A stretch of 64,000 nt of DNA. Origin: a virus. Positions 40,426-49,867 of the stretch are shown one piece after another. The stretch covers positions 1-64,000 of IMG/VR virus record IMGVR_UViG_3300023110_000024, one strand, 5' to 3'. The notes below the pieces were generated by a model, which was given only the letters and a program-made list of their open reading frames with translations, ran no database searches and was not told the DNA's origin. The first letter of the stretch is position 1. Each line of letters opens with the position of its first letter. The position numbers and the translations under genes were made by a program.

Positions 40426-42600
40426 TTATACAGTTGTCCAAGGTTTAGCCATAGCTTCCGCTGGTGGTAATGCACCAGGACTAGATGATCCCAGCCATTC
40501 AGCATTAAATCCAGCAGGATTAGTGCCTATGTGTGTTGGTTGGATTATAGTGGCTGGATTTGACAATAAGGATATATGTTCTCCATCATCAGCTACGCCA
40601 ACAAAAAACAGTCTTGAATTAGCAGCAGCTATTGATTCATACTGTCCAAGATATCCTGGAAATCCTGGTATTTGTACTTCATTAGTATCTGGATTCATAC
40701 CCATTATAGCCCAACAAGGATATACAAATGAATTATCAGGGAAGGATCTTGCATAAATCAACATACCATAATAGGATATGCCTGCTCTTAAATTAGGTAC
40801 AGTTGTTGATCCATTCTCATTAACAAATTGATTAGTATCCGAATCCCAACTTGTAGTTATTGTTCGAGGAATATTTTGGGAAGCTCCTATATTAACAGCC
40901 CCTAGATTGTTTAGTCTTACCCGCATGAGTCTTGCTATTGTTGTTGTATTAGCATCTGATCCTGTTGAATATCCAACAAATGGGAATGTCTGCTCTGTCG
41001 TATTTTCTACATTGAGGGTAGTCATATTATCTGTTGAGACTGTACTATAAAACGAATCTATTCCTGCTATAATATTGGGTTCAAAAACATAAGCAGCTCC
41101 TGAGTCAGTTTGGGCATCACTAGATTCTTCACCGTATGCCCCGGCGATAGCATATGATTCACATATAGCTACTTGCTCCGCAAATCTATCTGTTCTTCCT
41201 GTGCTTTGTAAATTAGGATTGTCTACTGTATCAAGTAACTTTCCTGTTGCTGGATCAAAGACGTATGCTTTGCCAGAGTAGAGATCCGACGAAGTATGAT
41301 TCTCATTAGGAGCACCAACTATAGCATACGATTCACATATATCAACACCATAACCAAACTGATCACTTGCTGTTGTAGTAAGAGCATTTGGATTGTCTAG
41401 TGTATGAAGTAGAGCACCTGTTGCTGGGTTGTAAATGTATGCTTTACCAGACCATAATCCTGTACCACCACCTGGGTTACTTGATCCATCATCTTCTCCA
41501 TGTGCACCAACTATAGCATACGATTCACATATAGCAACAGCATAACCAAATAGATCATTATCAGCTACGTCAAATACATTTGGATTGTCTAGTGTATAAA
41601 GTAAATTTCCTGTTGATGTGTCGTAAATATATGCTCTACCAGAGTTGGCTCCTCCTTGATCTTCATATGGTGCGCCAACTATAGCATACGATTCACATAT
41701 ATCAACCCGGTATCCAAACCTAGGGGTAGTACCACCAGAGGTTGGATTGTCTAGTGTATAAAGTAAATTTCCTGTTGATGTGTTGTAAATATATACTTTA
41801 CCAGAGTCGGCTACTGCTCCTTCATCTGCATGAGGAGCACCAACTATAGTATATGAATCAGAAATAGCAAGACCCCAGCCAAATCTAGCAGTGGTTTCTG
41901 GATTTGGGTTATTTAATGTACGAAGTAAATTTCCGGTTGATGTGTCGTAAATATATACCTTGCCAGAAGCAGTTCCGCCAGTATCACTTTCTCCATATGC
42001 ACCAATTACGGCATAAGATTCAGATATATCAACACAATAACCAAAAAAATCATCTGCTGATGTGCCATCAACATTAGGGTTGTCTAGTGTATAAAGTAAA
42101 TTTCCTGTTGATGTGTCGTAAATATATGCTTTACCAGATTTATTTCCGCCAGCATCCTCTTCCCAATATGCTCCAACTATAAAGTATGAATCAGTGATAC
42201 CAACACCCCAGCCAAATCGATCACTAAGTGCATCACCATAAACATTAGGATTTTCTTTTGAGTATTTTAGGTGCAGGCTTATTGATTCTCTCCATGTCAT
42301 TGGTCGCCCAATAGGATTGACTCCCCAAGCATTTTTTGCGACAGCTTTATCAGTTTCAGCTGATGCAGTCGTAAATACTGACCCTTCGTTAATCCATTGC
42401 CCATCTAAATATGTATAAAGCCTGCCATTATCAGTATCAGTCCAATGTTGGCCCTCAACTGCTACTGTTGGAGCATCAGCTTGAAAGTAAGTTTTTGACG
42501 GGTCTAAATATTCCCATCCAGTTCCGTTATACACCCAGGTTGAAGTTCCATCTGTATATGTTTGCCCTACAGTGGTTGCTTCTGGGAATGCTATTGCCAT
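40426..42600 (-). CDS. plug/socket-bearing protein with a seven-repeat FG-GAP (integrin-alpha-like) propeller
   Basis: Seven FG..V.I.....VGA..E...SG.AY.Y repeats, some nearly identical at DNA level. Confidence 0.8.
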   Translation of the reverse strand: MAIAFPEATTVGQTYTDGTSTWVYNGTGWEYLDPSKTYFQADAPTVAVEGQHWTDTDNGRLYTYLDGQWINEGSVFTTASAETDKAVAKNAWGVNPIGRPMTWRESISLHLKYSKENPNVYGDALSDRFGWGVGITDSYFIVGAYWEEDAGGNKSGKAYIYDTSTGNLLYTLDNPNVDGTSADDFFGYCVDISESYAVIGAYGESDTGGTASGKVYIYDTSTGNLLRTLNNPNPETTARFGWGLAISDSYTIVGAPHADEGAVADSGKVYIYNTSTGNLLYTLDNPTSGGTTPRFGYRVDICESYAIVGAPYEDQGGANSGRAYIYDTSTGNLLYTLDNPNVFDVADNDLFGYAVAICESYAIVGAHGEDDGSSNPGGGTGLWSGKAYIYNPATGALLHTLDNPNALTTTASDQFGYGVDICESYAIVGAPNENHTSSDLYSGKAYVFDPATGKLLDTVDNPNLQSTGRTDRFAEQVAICESYAIAGAYGEESSDAQTDSGAAYVFEPNIIAGIDSFYSTVSTDNMTTLNVENTTEQTFPFVGYSTGSDANTTTIARLMRVRLNNLGAVNIGASQNIPRTITTSWDSDTNQFVNENGSTTVPNLRAGISYYGMLIYARSFPDNSFVYPCWAIMGMNPDTNEVQIPGFPGYLGQYESIAAANSRLFFVGVADDGEHISLLSNPATIIQPTHIGTNPAGFNAEWLGSSSPGALPPAEAMAKPWTTV

Positions 42601-42610
42601 TTATTTCTCC

Positions 42611-42847
42611 TTATATTGAAACAGCCGTTTTTGCTTGTATCCAAGCTCCGCCCATATAAAAATACAATTTGCCTGTATTCATATCATACCAAGTATTGCC
42701 GTCGATTGGATTTGCAGGTGCTGTAGCAGAGGCAAATAATTGATCCGCACTTACCGTTGCCCAACCAGTTCCATTCCACTTCCAAGTAGTTCCTCCTTCA
42801 GTATAAAGTTCACCAACTGTTGTACCTTGTGGAAATGATATTGGCAT
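42611..42847 (-). CDS. 78-aa adaptor-only protein (plug plus socket)
   Basis: Likely start MPISFP at 42847 (AAGGA RBS, TATAAATA at 42865-42872); TWKWNGTGW followed by APANPIDGNTWYDMNTGKLYF...WIQ. Confidence 0.8.
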   Translation of the reverse strand: MPISFPQGTTVGELYTEGGTTWKWNGTGWATVSADQLFASATAPANPIDGNTWYDMNTGKLYFYMGGAWIQAKTAVSI

Positions 42848-42889
42848 AAATGTTTCCTTTATGTTATTTATAGCATTCAACCTATTGTA

Positions 42890-43918
42890 TTAAGTTGTAG
42901 CTTTTTCTAATTCTTCGACTCTTTTGGTTAATTCTTTTACGGCTTGAAGAAGTATTGTAGTCATTCTAGCATAATCTACAGTCAAATAATCTTGTCCAGA
43001 AAGACTCTCGCCATGTGCGCCTTCATCCATTTCAGATAATCTTACAAGTTCAGGAAATTGTTTTTGCACTTGTTGGGCACTCATACCATATTCTTCGCCT
43101 CTATTTTTTACACCTAGCGATTCAGCTAGTGCGTTAGGCGTATATTTGAATGTGGTTAGTTTTGATATTTTATCTAATACTTTGCCTAAATTGCCTGTTC
43201 TTGTTTTCAATCTGTCGTCTGAGGTTGTTGGGGGGACCATTGAAGTAGCTAATCCATGTGACATAGAATAGCCTGGCTGGATCCAAGATCCGCCTGCGTA
43301 AATATAGAGTCTAGCATTGTTTGTGCTAAACCACATATCACCTTCAACCATTGTAGCTGGAGGTGTGTTGCCTACATGAGTTGCGTTATTGTCAATTTGA
43401 ACTCCATTGACATACAAGTTGCCTTTTATATTTACATTGCCTGTAGCACTTGTAACAGTTAAATCTCCTACGGCTGTATCTAATTGGTTTGGATTTGTAA
43501 CCCCTAATTGTACATCGCCGCCAATAACACCTTTACTTACAAAAGCATTTCCGTTTATGTAAGCATTATTCATTGCTGTGATATCTTGTGCTACAGAAAC
43601 ATAACCTGCGTTAAAAGTTCCGTTATCACCAAACAAGTATTGTCTTGTTCCGTTATAGTGTAGAGCTAATTTTCCATTTACTGTTCCGTTAGCATCTAGT
43701 TGAAAGCTCCATTTGTGTGCATATGTTGATTCGGTGATACTTTGGACATACGATTGCGCTTCGCCTAAAACGTCAAAGTCAGTTTGAGGAGTTCCAGTTT
43801 TTACACCAATTCTTTGTTCTGAGACATCAAAGTATAAAAGATTATACTCAAATGCTAAGTCTTCACCATTACTTCTTGTAAGGTTACTTTTTAAATTTTC
43901 ACCTGCTACCTTTAACAT
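42890..43918 (-). CDS. tail fibre with C-terminal intramolecular chaperone (peptidase S74)
   Basis: SDDRLK cleavage motif, GMSAQQV...FPELV, VDYARM..LLQAVKEL coiled coil. Confidence 0.85.
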   Translation of the reverse strand: MLKVAGENLKSNLTRSNGEDLAFEYNLLYFDVSEQRIGVKTGTPQTDFDVLGEAQSYVQSITESTYAHKWSFQLDANGTVNGKLALHYNGTRQYLFGDNGTFNAGYVSVAQDITAMNNAYINGNAFVSKGVIGGDVQLGVTNPNQLDTAVGDLTVTSATGNVNIKGNLYVNGVQIDNNATHVGNTPPATMVEGDMWFSTNNARLYIYAGGSWIQPGYSMSHGLATSMVPPTTSDDRLKTRTGNLGKVLDKISKLTTFKYTPNALAESLGVKNRGEEYGMSAQQVQKQFPELVRLSEMDEGAHGESLSGQDYLTVDYARMTTILLQAVKELTKRVEELEKATT

Positions 43919-43936
43919 TATTTCAAAGTCCTCATT

Positions 43937-44941
43937 TTAATATCCCGAAACCGACACTGCATCATATACTGAATTTGATAGATCATTACTATGTATAGTA
44001 TTAGCATAATCATCAAATTTAATTCTTTGTAATACTACTGTGCCTATAGTTCTTAAACTAGATAATCCTCCAGCAATCAATCCTTCTGTACTGTTGGTTG
44101 ACATTGTCATCCAATATCCTGGATTTGTAACAGTTGTAGTCAATGTTATTGTATCTACAAGATCATCAAATCTAAGTTTTTCTACAGTATCATATTCAGC
44201 AGCAGTTCCAGGATTCTGTCCGCCAACAATAATTGCTTCTTTTCCGTTTGAGCAAGCATCACCTTTTGATCTTCTAGTAGGAAGTGTTTTATCCATAACC
44301 ATTACAGCAATAGTGTCTGCTAATAGAACCTTTTCGTTATTTGGGATTGCATTGCCTGAAGCATTCTCACCTTCAAATATAATGGCTGATTCTCCATTTC
44401 CTGCAACTGCAGCATGATTTCTATTAGTGTTTAGGCTATTTGATGCTACTACTACTGATCCAGTATCATCATATGCTATTCTTCTTGATGTTGCTAATAA
44501 TCCTGTTGTGCCTTCTCCAGCTATAAACCATATATTAGATTTGTTTCCTGTTGCATGATGATGTCTAATTCCTAATCCTATATTGGTTGACATTGTTGTT
44601 ACAACCGTAGAGTCATCGATTCTCATTTTTTCAGCACTACTTAAATGGGTAGATGTTGTATTTTCTCCGCCACCCATTACAGCATCATAGTTATTTGATG
44701 CTCCGCCGTGTGCTTTTCTACTAGTGTTTAACGAATTGGTGTGAATAACTGTTGCCATATCATCGTTAAATCTAGCTCTTTCTATGTCAGCGGTAGGAGT
44801 ATCAGTGCTAGTAAGAGAACCTCCAACCATAATTGCTTGATTGCCAGCACCATGCCCATCTAAACAGAATACATAATCTGCTAGTTCTCCAACACTTATT
44901 CCATCCAATGAATCGGCAACTATAATAATATCTTTTGGCAT
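43937..44941 (-). CDS. Kelch-like six-repeat beta-propeller protein (type B)
   Basis: Six GG...(R/K)FDD-type repeats; N-terminus similar to 35865..36896 (II.AD...LAD....DGHG). Confidence 0.65.
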   Translation of the reverse strand: MPKDIIIVADSLDGISVGELADYVFCLDGHGAGNQAIMVGGSLTSTDTPTADIERARFNDDMATVIHTNSLNTSRKAHGGASNNYDAVMGGGENTTSTHLSSAEKMRIDDSTVVTTMSTNIGLGIRHHHATGNKSNIWFIAGEGTTGLLATSRRIAYDDTGSVVVASNSLNTNRNHAAVAGNGESAIIFEGENASGNAIPNNEKVLLADTIAVMVMDKTLPTRRSKGDACSNGKEAIIVGGQNPGTAAEYDTVEKLRFDDLVDTITLTTTVTNPGYWMTMSTNSTEGLIAGGLSSLRTIGTVVLQRIKFDDYANTIHSNDLSNSVYDAVSVSGY

Positions 44942-44942
44942 A

Positions 44943-46052
44943 TCAATAACCTTGGGCGCTCGCTAATCCATATTTTGATTCTGATAGTAAATTTGTATGT
45001 ATTGCGTGAGCACTATCATCAAATTTTACAGATTCAACTGTATCTGTTGTATCCCCTGAATGTAAATTTCCTCCTGCTATCAATAATCCATCAAAACCAT
45101 TTGATTGTGCAGTAGCACTATGAACTGCTTGGGAATAGGTATTTACAAATACTGATGTAAAAACAGAATCATCAAATCTTGTTTTCTCAAATAGTGGAGA
45201 ATTAGTTGCACTATCACTATCACCAGTAAATATCATTTCAAATTCTGTTGATCCTCCAGATAATCTATTTCTAGGAACAGTTAAGGAATTAGATAGTGTA
45301 TAAGAGGGTACAACATCGTCATATCTAAATCTTTCTATGCTTGATAATTGCCCTGCAGAAGAGTTAACACCGCCAGCAAAACAAATTTGATTCCTATCTG
45401 ATCCTGCAGCACAATAATGTCTACCTACAGAAAGTCCGTTAGTCATAACTACCATAGCAGAATCATCAAATTTAACTTTATCAATTGCTGATACATCTGT
45501 TACACCGCCACCAAATAGTGCTTCTCCAAAACTTGCAGCGCCTGCTAATCCTCTTTTATTTGTTGATAATCTATTGGTAAATTGAACTGCAGGTATGCTA
45601 TCATCAAATTTTAGCTTTTGAATTAAATCAGCAGCACCACTTCCTCCCCCAAATACAGCCTGTCTTCCATCTGATGTGCCTGCTAGATAGTGTTTTCCAT
45701 TATTCAAATCGTTTGTATGAACAATAGTTGGTATAATATCATCATACCTTAATCGCTCAACTGTGCTACGACGTCCAGTACCACCTCCGCCAAATCCGCC
45801 ACCAAACACAATTTCTGTGTAGGATCTTTTTACAATAGCTGGGTGTCCTGAAAAAAATAAATCTTTTAAATAAACTTTCTTTGTCATATCCGAAGTCATG
45901 TATGCGTCAGCAATTACAACACGATCCTTTCCTGTAATTGAATCACCCGATGGAACTCCAACAACTAGTCCCAAGTCCATTGCATAATCGTCTTCGATTG
46001 CAAATTCATTCGTTGGGTTTTTTGTTTTTTCTAAATGCAACTTTACTGTCAT
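44943..46052 (-). CDS. Kelch-like six-repeat beta-propeller protein (type A)
   Basis: Six repeats ending (R/K)(Y/F)DD, with FGGG/AGG strands. Confidence 0.7.
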   Translation of the reverse strand: MTVKLHLEKTKNPTNEFAIEDDYAMDLGLVVGVPSGDSITGKDRVVIADAYMTSDMTKKVYLKDLFFSGHPAIVKRSYTEIVFGGGFGGGGTGRRSTVERLRYDDIIPTIVHTNDLNNGKHYLAGTSDGRQAVFGGGSGAADLIQKLKFDDSIPAVQFTNRLSTNKRGLAGAASFGEALFGGGVTDVSAIDKVKFDDSAMVVMTNGLSVGRHYCAAGSDRNQICFAGGVNSSAGQLSSIERFRYDDVVPSYTLSNSLTVPRNRLSGGSTEFEMIFTGDSDSATNSPLFEKTRFDDSVFTSVFVNTYSQAVHSATAQSNGFDGLLIAGGNLHSGDTTDTVESVKFDDSAHAIHTNLLSESKYGLASAQGY

Positions 46053-48322
46053 TAGTTAAACCTATAAATAACCTGAGTAGCCGTTTCTTCTCTAGATATT
46101 CTTTGTGATGTTGCTAAATCATACATATCTTTTATAACAAATTCATTATTAGCAAAGTCCCATTGTAATATCTCTCCATTGATTGCTTCTGAAGATTCAC
46201 TTGGTACTGTCAAACTAAATCCTGCTTGAAATTCATAAGAGCTAGTAGCAGCATTATAAGTTAGGATATCTCCATCGGTTGTAGTTCCAGATACATCATT
46301 TAAATCAGCAATACTAGCGGCAGCTATTCTAGCATCAGCTTGAGCATCTGTATATCCTGTTGCTGTGCCTGGTACCCATGCTGAAGTTCCAGAATCATAT
46401 ACTAGTGCTTGTCCATCACTTGGAGTTCCTATGGTTGTATCTGTTAAGTCTGCTAAAGTAGTTGATCCACCACCTCCGCTTGAAACAGTAGCTGGAATCC
46501 ATTTATTAGAAGAACCATCCCATGTAAGAACATCGCCAGTATTCGGTGATCCTGCATCTACATTGTTAAGATCATCCAATACTTTCTTTTGTGGAACCCA
46601 AGTATATCCTGTTCCTGCACCATTTACAATCATCTGATTTCCAGCAGTAAGTGAACCTGGTGCATTTACATTACCAATATCTGTAAGAAGTGCTACGGTG
46701 GTACCACCACCACTAGATACAGTTGTAAATGAAAAAGTACCTGCGCCATCAGTTGTTAATACTTGTCCAGCAGCACCGTCTATAATAGATAAATCAGTCA
46801 ATACAGTAGGAATGACAGGAGGAGTATAGGTAAAGACACCTGTTGAATTGTCATATGCCAATGTTCCTGTACCAGATGCGCTATTTTGGGTTACAGATAA
46901 ATTAGTTAGTGCAATACCTCCGTTGCCTGGTATCCATTTTGAAGTACCAGAATCATATACTAGTGCTTGTCCGTCACTTGGTGATCCTGCATCTATGTCA
47001 TTAAGATCGACTAATAGTTTCTTTTGTGGAACCCAAACATAACCTGTTCCTGAAGAGTGTACTACTAGTTGATTTCCAGCATTAGTTGATCCTGCAATAG
47101 CTACATCGCCAATATCTGTAAGAGACGCTACGCTAGTCAAATAATTAGAGTCATTTGTAAAGGTGCTAACATTTGTAGGAATGCGAGCATCAACTCTAGC
47201 ATCTGTATAATAAAGATTTGTAGATCCTTCAGTTAGATTATCTGTTGTTTTGGTATTGAATCTAGAATCAAACCTTCCGTTAGTGTAATATAAATTAGAA
47301 GTATGTTCAGTTACATTTGAAGTATCTAATGTGACAACGCCTGTTTTTCCAGCAACGGATGTAACTAAATTAGTATCATCTAATAAAGCTGACAAATCCA
47401 TTGTAAAAGTAGTTCCATCGTCTCTAGTAAATGTAACAATGCCTGTGCCTGAGTCTAATGTTCCTGAGGCTATTGAGCGAGAATCTTCATCTAATAATCC
47501 TGACAAATCTATGTTAGTAGTATTTCCGTTTTCATCACTATATGATAAAGTAGTTGTGCCTGCAGTGTATGAAAGTGCTGTTGGTTCTTTTGATCCTGGT
47601 ATCCATTTATTAGTAGAGTTATCCCATTGTAAAAATTGTCCATCTGTTGGTGATCCTGCATTTACGTTATTAAGATCATCTAATACTTTCTTTTGTGGGA
47701 CCCAAGTATATCCATCTCCTGTTCCATTTACTACCATCATATTTCCAGCGGTAGTTGATCCAGGAACATTTACATTGCCAATATCTGTAAGGATTGCTGC
47801 GCTAATTCTTCCATCAGCTCTAGCATCTGTATAATAAAGATTTGATGAGCCTTCAGCTACATCGTCAGTTGATTTAGTAGCGAGTCTTGTATCAAAATCT
47901 GTATTGGTCCTTGCTGTAGTATAATACAGATTTGTTGAACCTTCGGATACATTGTCAGTTGTTTTAGTGGTAAGCCTTGCGTCAAAATCTGTGTTAGCTC
48001 TAGCTGTTGTATAATAAAGATTTGTTGTTCCTTCTGCTAGATCATCTGTTGATCCTATAGCAGAGCCTGAAGTGATAGGAACCCATTTGCTAGTTGCGCC
48101 ATCAAAACTTAAAAGTTGATTATTAGTAGGCGCAGTAGAAAAATCTACATCAGCCAAACCTTCGATGGTTCCGGATGCTACTGTCTTGATATTATTTAAT
48201 GTATCTTTTACAAAAATTTTGCCATCGGCTAAGTTTAAGGCTACTTCGCCTGTTTGTAACGAAGATGGAGCAGGGACTGCTCCAGGAGTTGAAGAAGATT
48301 TTAGTTTTATTACGGTTGCCAT
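46052..48322 (-). CDS. long fibre protein with Mtd_N/gp36-37-like N-terminal domain
   Basis: IKLKSS...LQTGEVALNLADGKIF; five NLYYTxxR repeats; three VPQKK.L.DLN...AGSP repeats; C-terminus RISREETATQVIYRFN. Confidence 0.8.
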   Translation of the reverse strand: MATVIKLKSSSTPGAVPAPSSLQTGEVALNLADGKIFVKDTLNNIKTVASGTIEGLADVDFSTAPTNNQLLSFDGATSKWVPITSGSAIGSTDDLAEGTTNLYYTTARANTDFDARLTTKTTDNVSEGSTNLYYTTARTNTDFDTRLATKSTDDVAEGSSNLYYTDARADGRISAAILTDIGNVNVPGSTTAGNMMVVNGTGDGYTWVPQKKVLDDLNNVNAGSPTDGQFLQWDNSTNKWIPGSKEPTALSYTAGTTTLSYSDENGNTTNIDLSGLLDEDSRSIASGTLDSGTGIVTFTRDDGTTFTMDLSALLDDTNLVTSVAGKTGVVTLDTSNVTEHTSNLYYTNGRFDSRFNTKTTDNLTEGSTNLYYTDARVDARIPTNVSTFTNDSNYLTSVASLTDIGDVAIAGSTNAGNQLVVHSSGTGYVWVPQKKLLVDLNDIDAGSPSDGQALVYDSGTSKWIPGNGGIALTNLSVTQNSASGTGTLAYDNSTGVFTYTPPVIPTVLTDLSIIDGAAGQVLTTDGAGTFSFTTVSSGGGTTVALLTDIGNVNAPGSLTAGNQMIVNGAGTGYTWVPQKKVLDDLNNVDAGSPNTGDVLTWDGSSNKWIPATVSSGGGGSTTLADLTDTTIGTPSDGQALVYDSGTSAWVPGTATGYTDAQADARIAAASIADLNDVSGTTTDGDILTYNAATSSYEFQAGFSLTVPSESSEAINGEILQWDFANNEFVIKDMYDLATSQRISREETATQVIYRFN

Positions 48323-48328
48323 TATGGT

Positions 48329-48391
48329 ATATCCTTCGTCATAATTCTATAAAAGTATTTATCTTTATATAGAAATCGTATCGAAGGATAT
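48329..48391 (-). promoter_or_regulatory. long inverted repeat occluding the RBS, with a late-promoter motif in its loop
   Basis: ATATCCTTCG...TTCTATA / TATAGAA...CGAAGGATAT arms; GATAAATA (minus strand) at 48356-48363. Confidence 0.6.
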
Positions 48392-48393
48392 TA

Positions 48394-49197
48394 TTAGAAA
48401 CTAGCCGCCTCCCAAACTATCCCATTCCCAGATAAATCAAATTCTGTGACTGATACTGGGCCATCTATTTCTAAAAAGTAACCGTTAGTGCCAAATCCAC
48501 CCGTGTATGGTATTGCGCCAATATTTCCATTTGAGTCTGTGCTTATAAAGCTACTTGGATTTGGGAAATCGCCTTGATCGCCATCAATCATATAGCAGCG
48601 CCAAAAATTCATTCCTCCACTGTATGGTGTCATTGAGCCAGCATTATTTCCTATATAAGCTCCAATAGTATGCGTAATTTGTTCGCCTGTTGATGAAGTA
48701 TTTGCATTAAATGCTTGATAAGTGTGCTGATTTGAGAATAAGGAAGTCCAAGCGGTTACAGGTCCAATTATTGCTACACCGTCTCGATAGATAGTGACTG
48801 TTTGATCTGTTATATCAGCTGAATTTCTATAATGATTAACTTGTATATGATACCATTGCCCTGCTACCATACCTGACGCAGTAGATAGGTCTATATTATA
48901 TCCTGAATCATTATTGTGTTGCCAATAATGTAGAGAGCCATCGCTTCTTATCATAAGAGCAGATGATCGAGCAGCACTGCCTTGATATGCTGCTCCTGCA
49001 ATTGCTCTATTTTCTGTAAAGTCAGGTATATTGACCCACATTGATAAAACAAAAGAGCTTCCTAAATTATTAGCAAATGAACCGCCTGTTGATCTTGGAA
49101 ATTTTAAAAACTGATTAGTCCCAAGAGAACTACCTGTTGGCATAGTTATTGCAACAGGTGGTGTTTTATTTGTTTGGCTTATCAGCGGAAAGCTCAT
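48394..49197 (-). CDS. LamG/concanavalin-A-like lectin domain protein
   Basis: LSMWVN, GQWYHIQV, VTIYRDG, TIGA, GGFGTNGYFL. Confidence 0.7.
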   Translation of the reverse strand: MSFPLISQTNKTPPVAITMPTGSSLGTNQFLKFPRSTGGSFANNLGSSFVLSMWVNIPDFTENRAIAGAAYQGSAARSSALMIRSDGSLHYWQHNNDSGYNIDLSTASGMVAGQWYHIQVNHYRNSADITDQTVTIYRDGVAIIGPVTAWTSLFSNQHTYQAFNANTSSTGEQITHTIGAYIGNNAGSMTPYSGGMNFWRCYMIDGDQGDFPNPSSFISTDSNGNIGAIPYTGGFGTNGYFLEIDGPVSVTEFDLSGNGIVWEAASF

Positions 49198-49856
49198 GTT
49201 AAGGATCCTGAAGAGGCTACAAGCACATCAGTTCCATCAGTAAAATATGCTAACCAATAAATACCAGCGTTTCCATTGATTGCTGATAAATCGTTGGCTG
49301 ATATTTTTACATTAGTTCCTTGTGTAACTCCGTGCCCTCCACTGTTATCAAAATATATAGATCCAGATTGTCCATTTACTAAATTTGAAAAGCCTATAGT
49401 TATAGCTCCTGCAGGAGTGCATTTGAAATTAGTTCCTGCAGACATATCAAATGTTCCAGTAGTTTGTAATACTACTGCTGTAGATCCACCAAACGATGAG
49501 GTTCCGTCTGTATTAACAGTTGCTACATCAGTTCCATTATAGTTAAAAATCAGTTGATTACTGGCATTTACTGAAAATGTCCATTTGGTTGAGCTTATAA
49601 AAGATGCTTGAATACCAATTGGTCCATAAAAATCACTTCCTGATTTGTCAGCTTTATTCATAGACAAGCCGGCATCAACTGAATTTAAATTTTGTATAGC
49701 AGTATCTAGTTTCTCCAAACTTTGAACTACTGAATCTCCGCTAGAAATTGTCCCAGGTGATCCAGATACATTAATTGAGCCTGAGCTTGGATCAATTCCT
49801 ATACTTGAATTAGTAAGGGCCAGCTGGTTACTGACTGAACTTAGTGAAATTGCCAT
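49194..49856 (-). CDS. fibre/structural protein
   Basis: S/G-rich; SLEKLDTAI coiled segment; C-terminal beta domain (NLVNGQSG...YFTDGTDV). Confidence 0.65.
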   Translation of the reverse strand: MAISLSSVSNQLALTNSSIGIDPSSGSINVSGSPGTISSGDSVVQSLEKLDTAIQNLNSVDAGLSMNKADKSGSDFYGPIGIQASFISSTKWTFSVNASNQLIFNYNGTDVATVNTDGTSSFGGSTAVVLQTTGTFDMSAGTNFKCTPAGAITIGFSNLVNGQSGSIYFDNSGGHGVTQGTNVKISANDLSAINGNAGIYWLAYFTDGTDVLVASSGSLT

Positions 49857-49867
49857 TTATAATCCTT

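Noticed and set aside
41140-42200. Near-identical DNA repeats suggesting a DGR template/variable repeat pair
   Set aside because: They are in-frame FG-GAP blades, I saw no adenine-specific pattern in the differences, and there is no reverse transcriptase in the window
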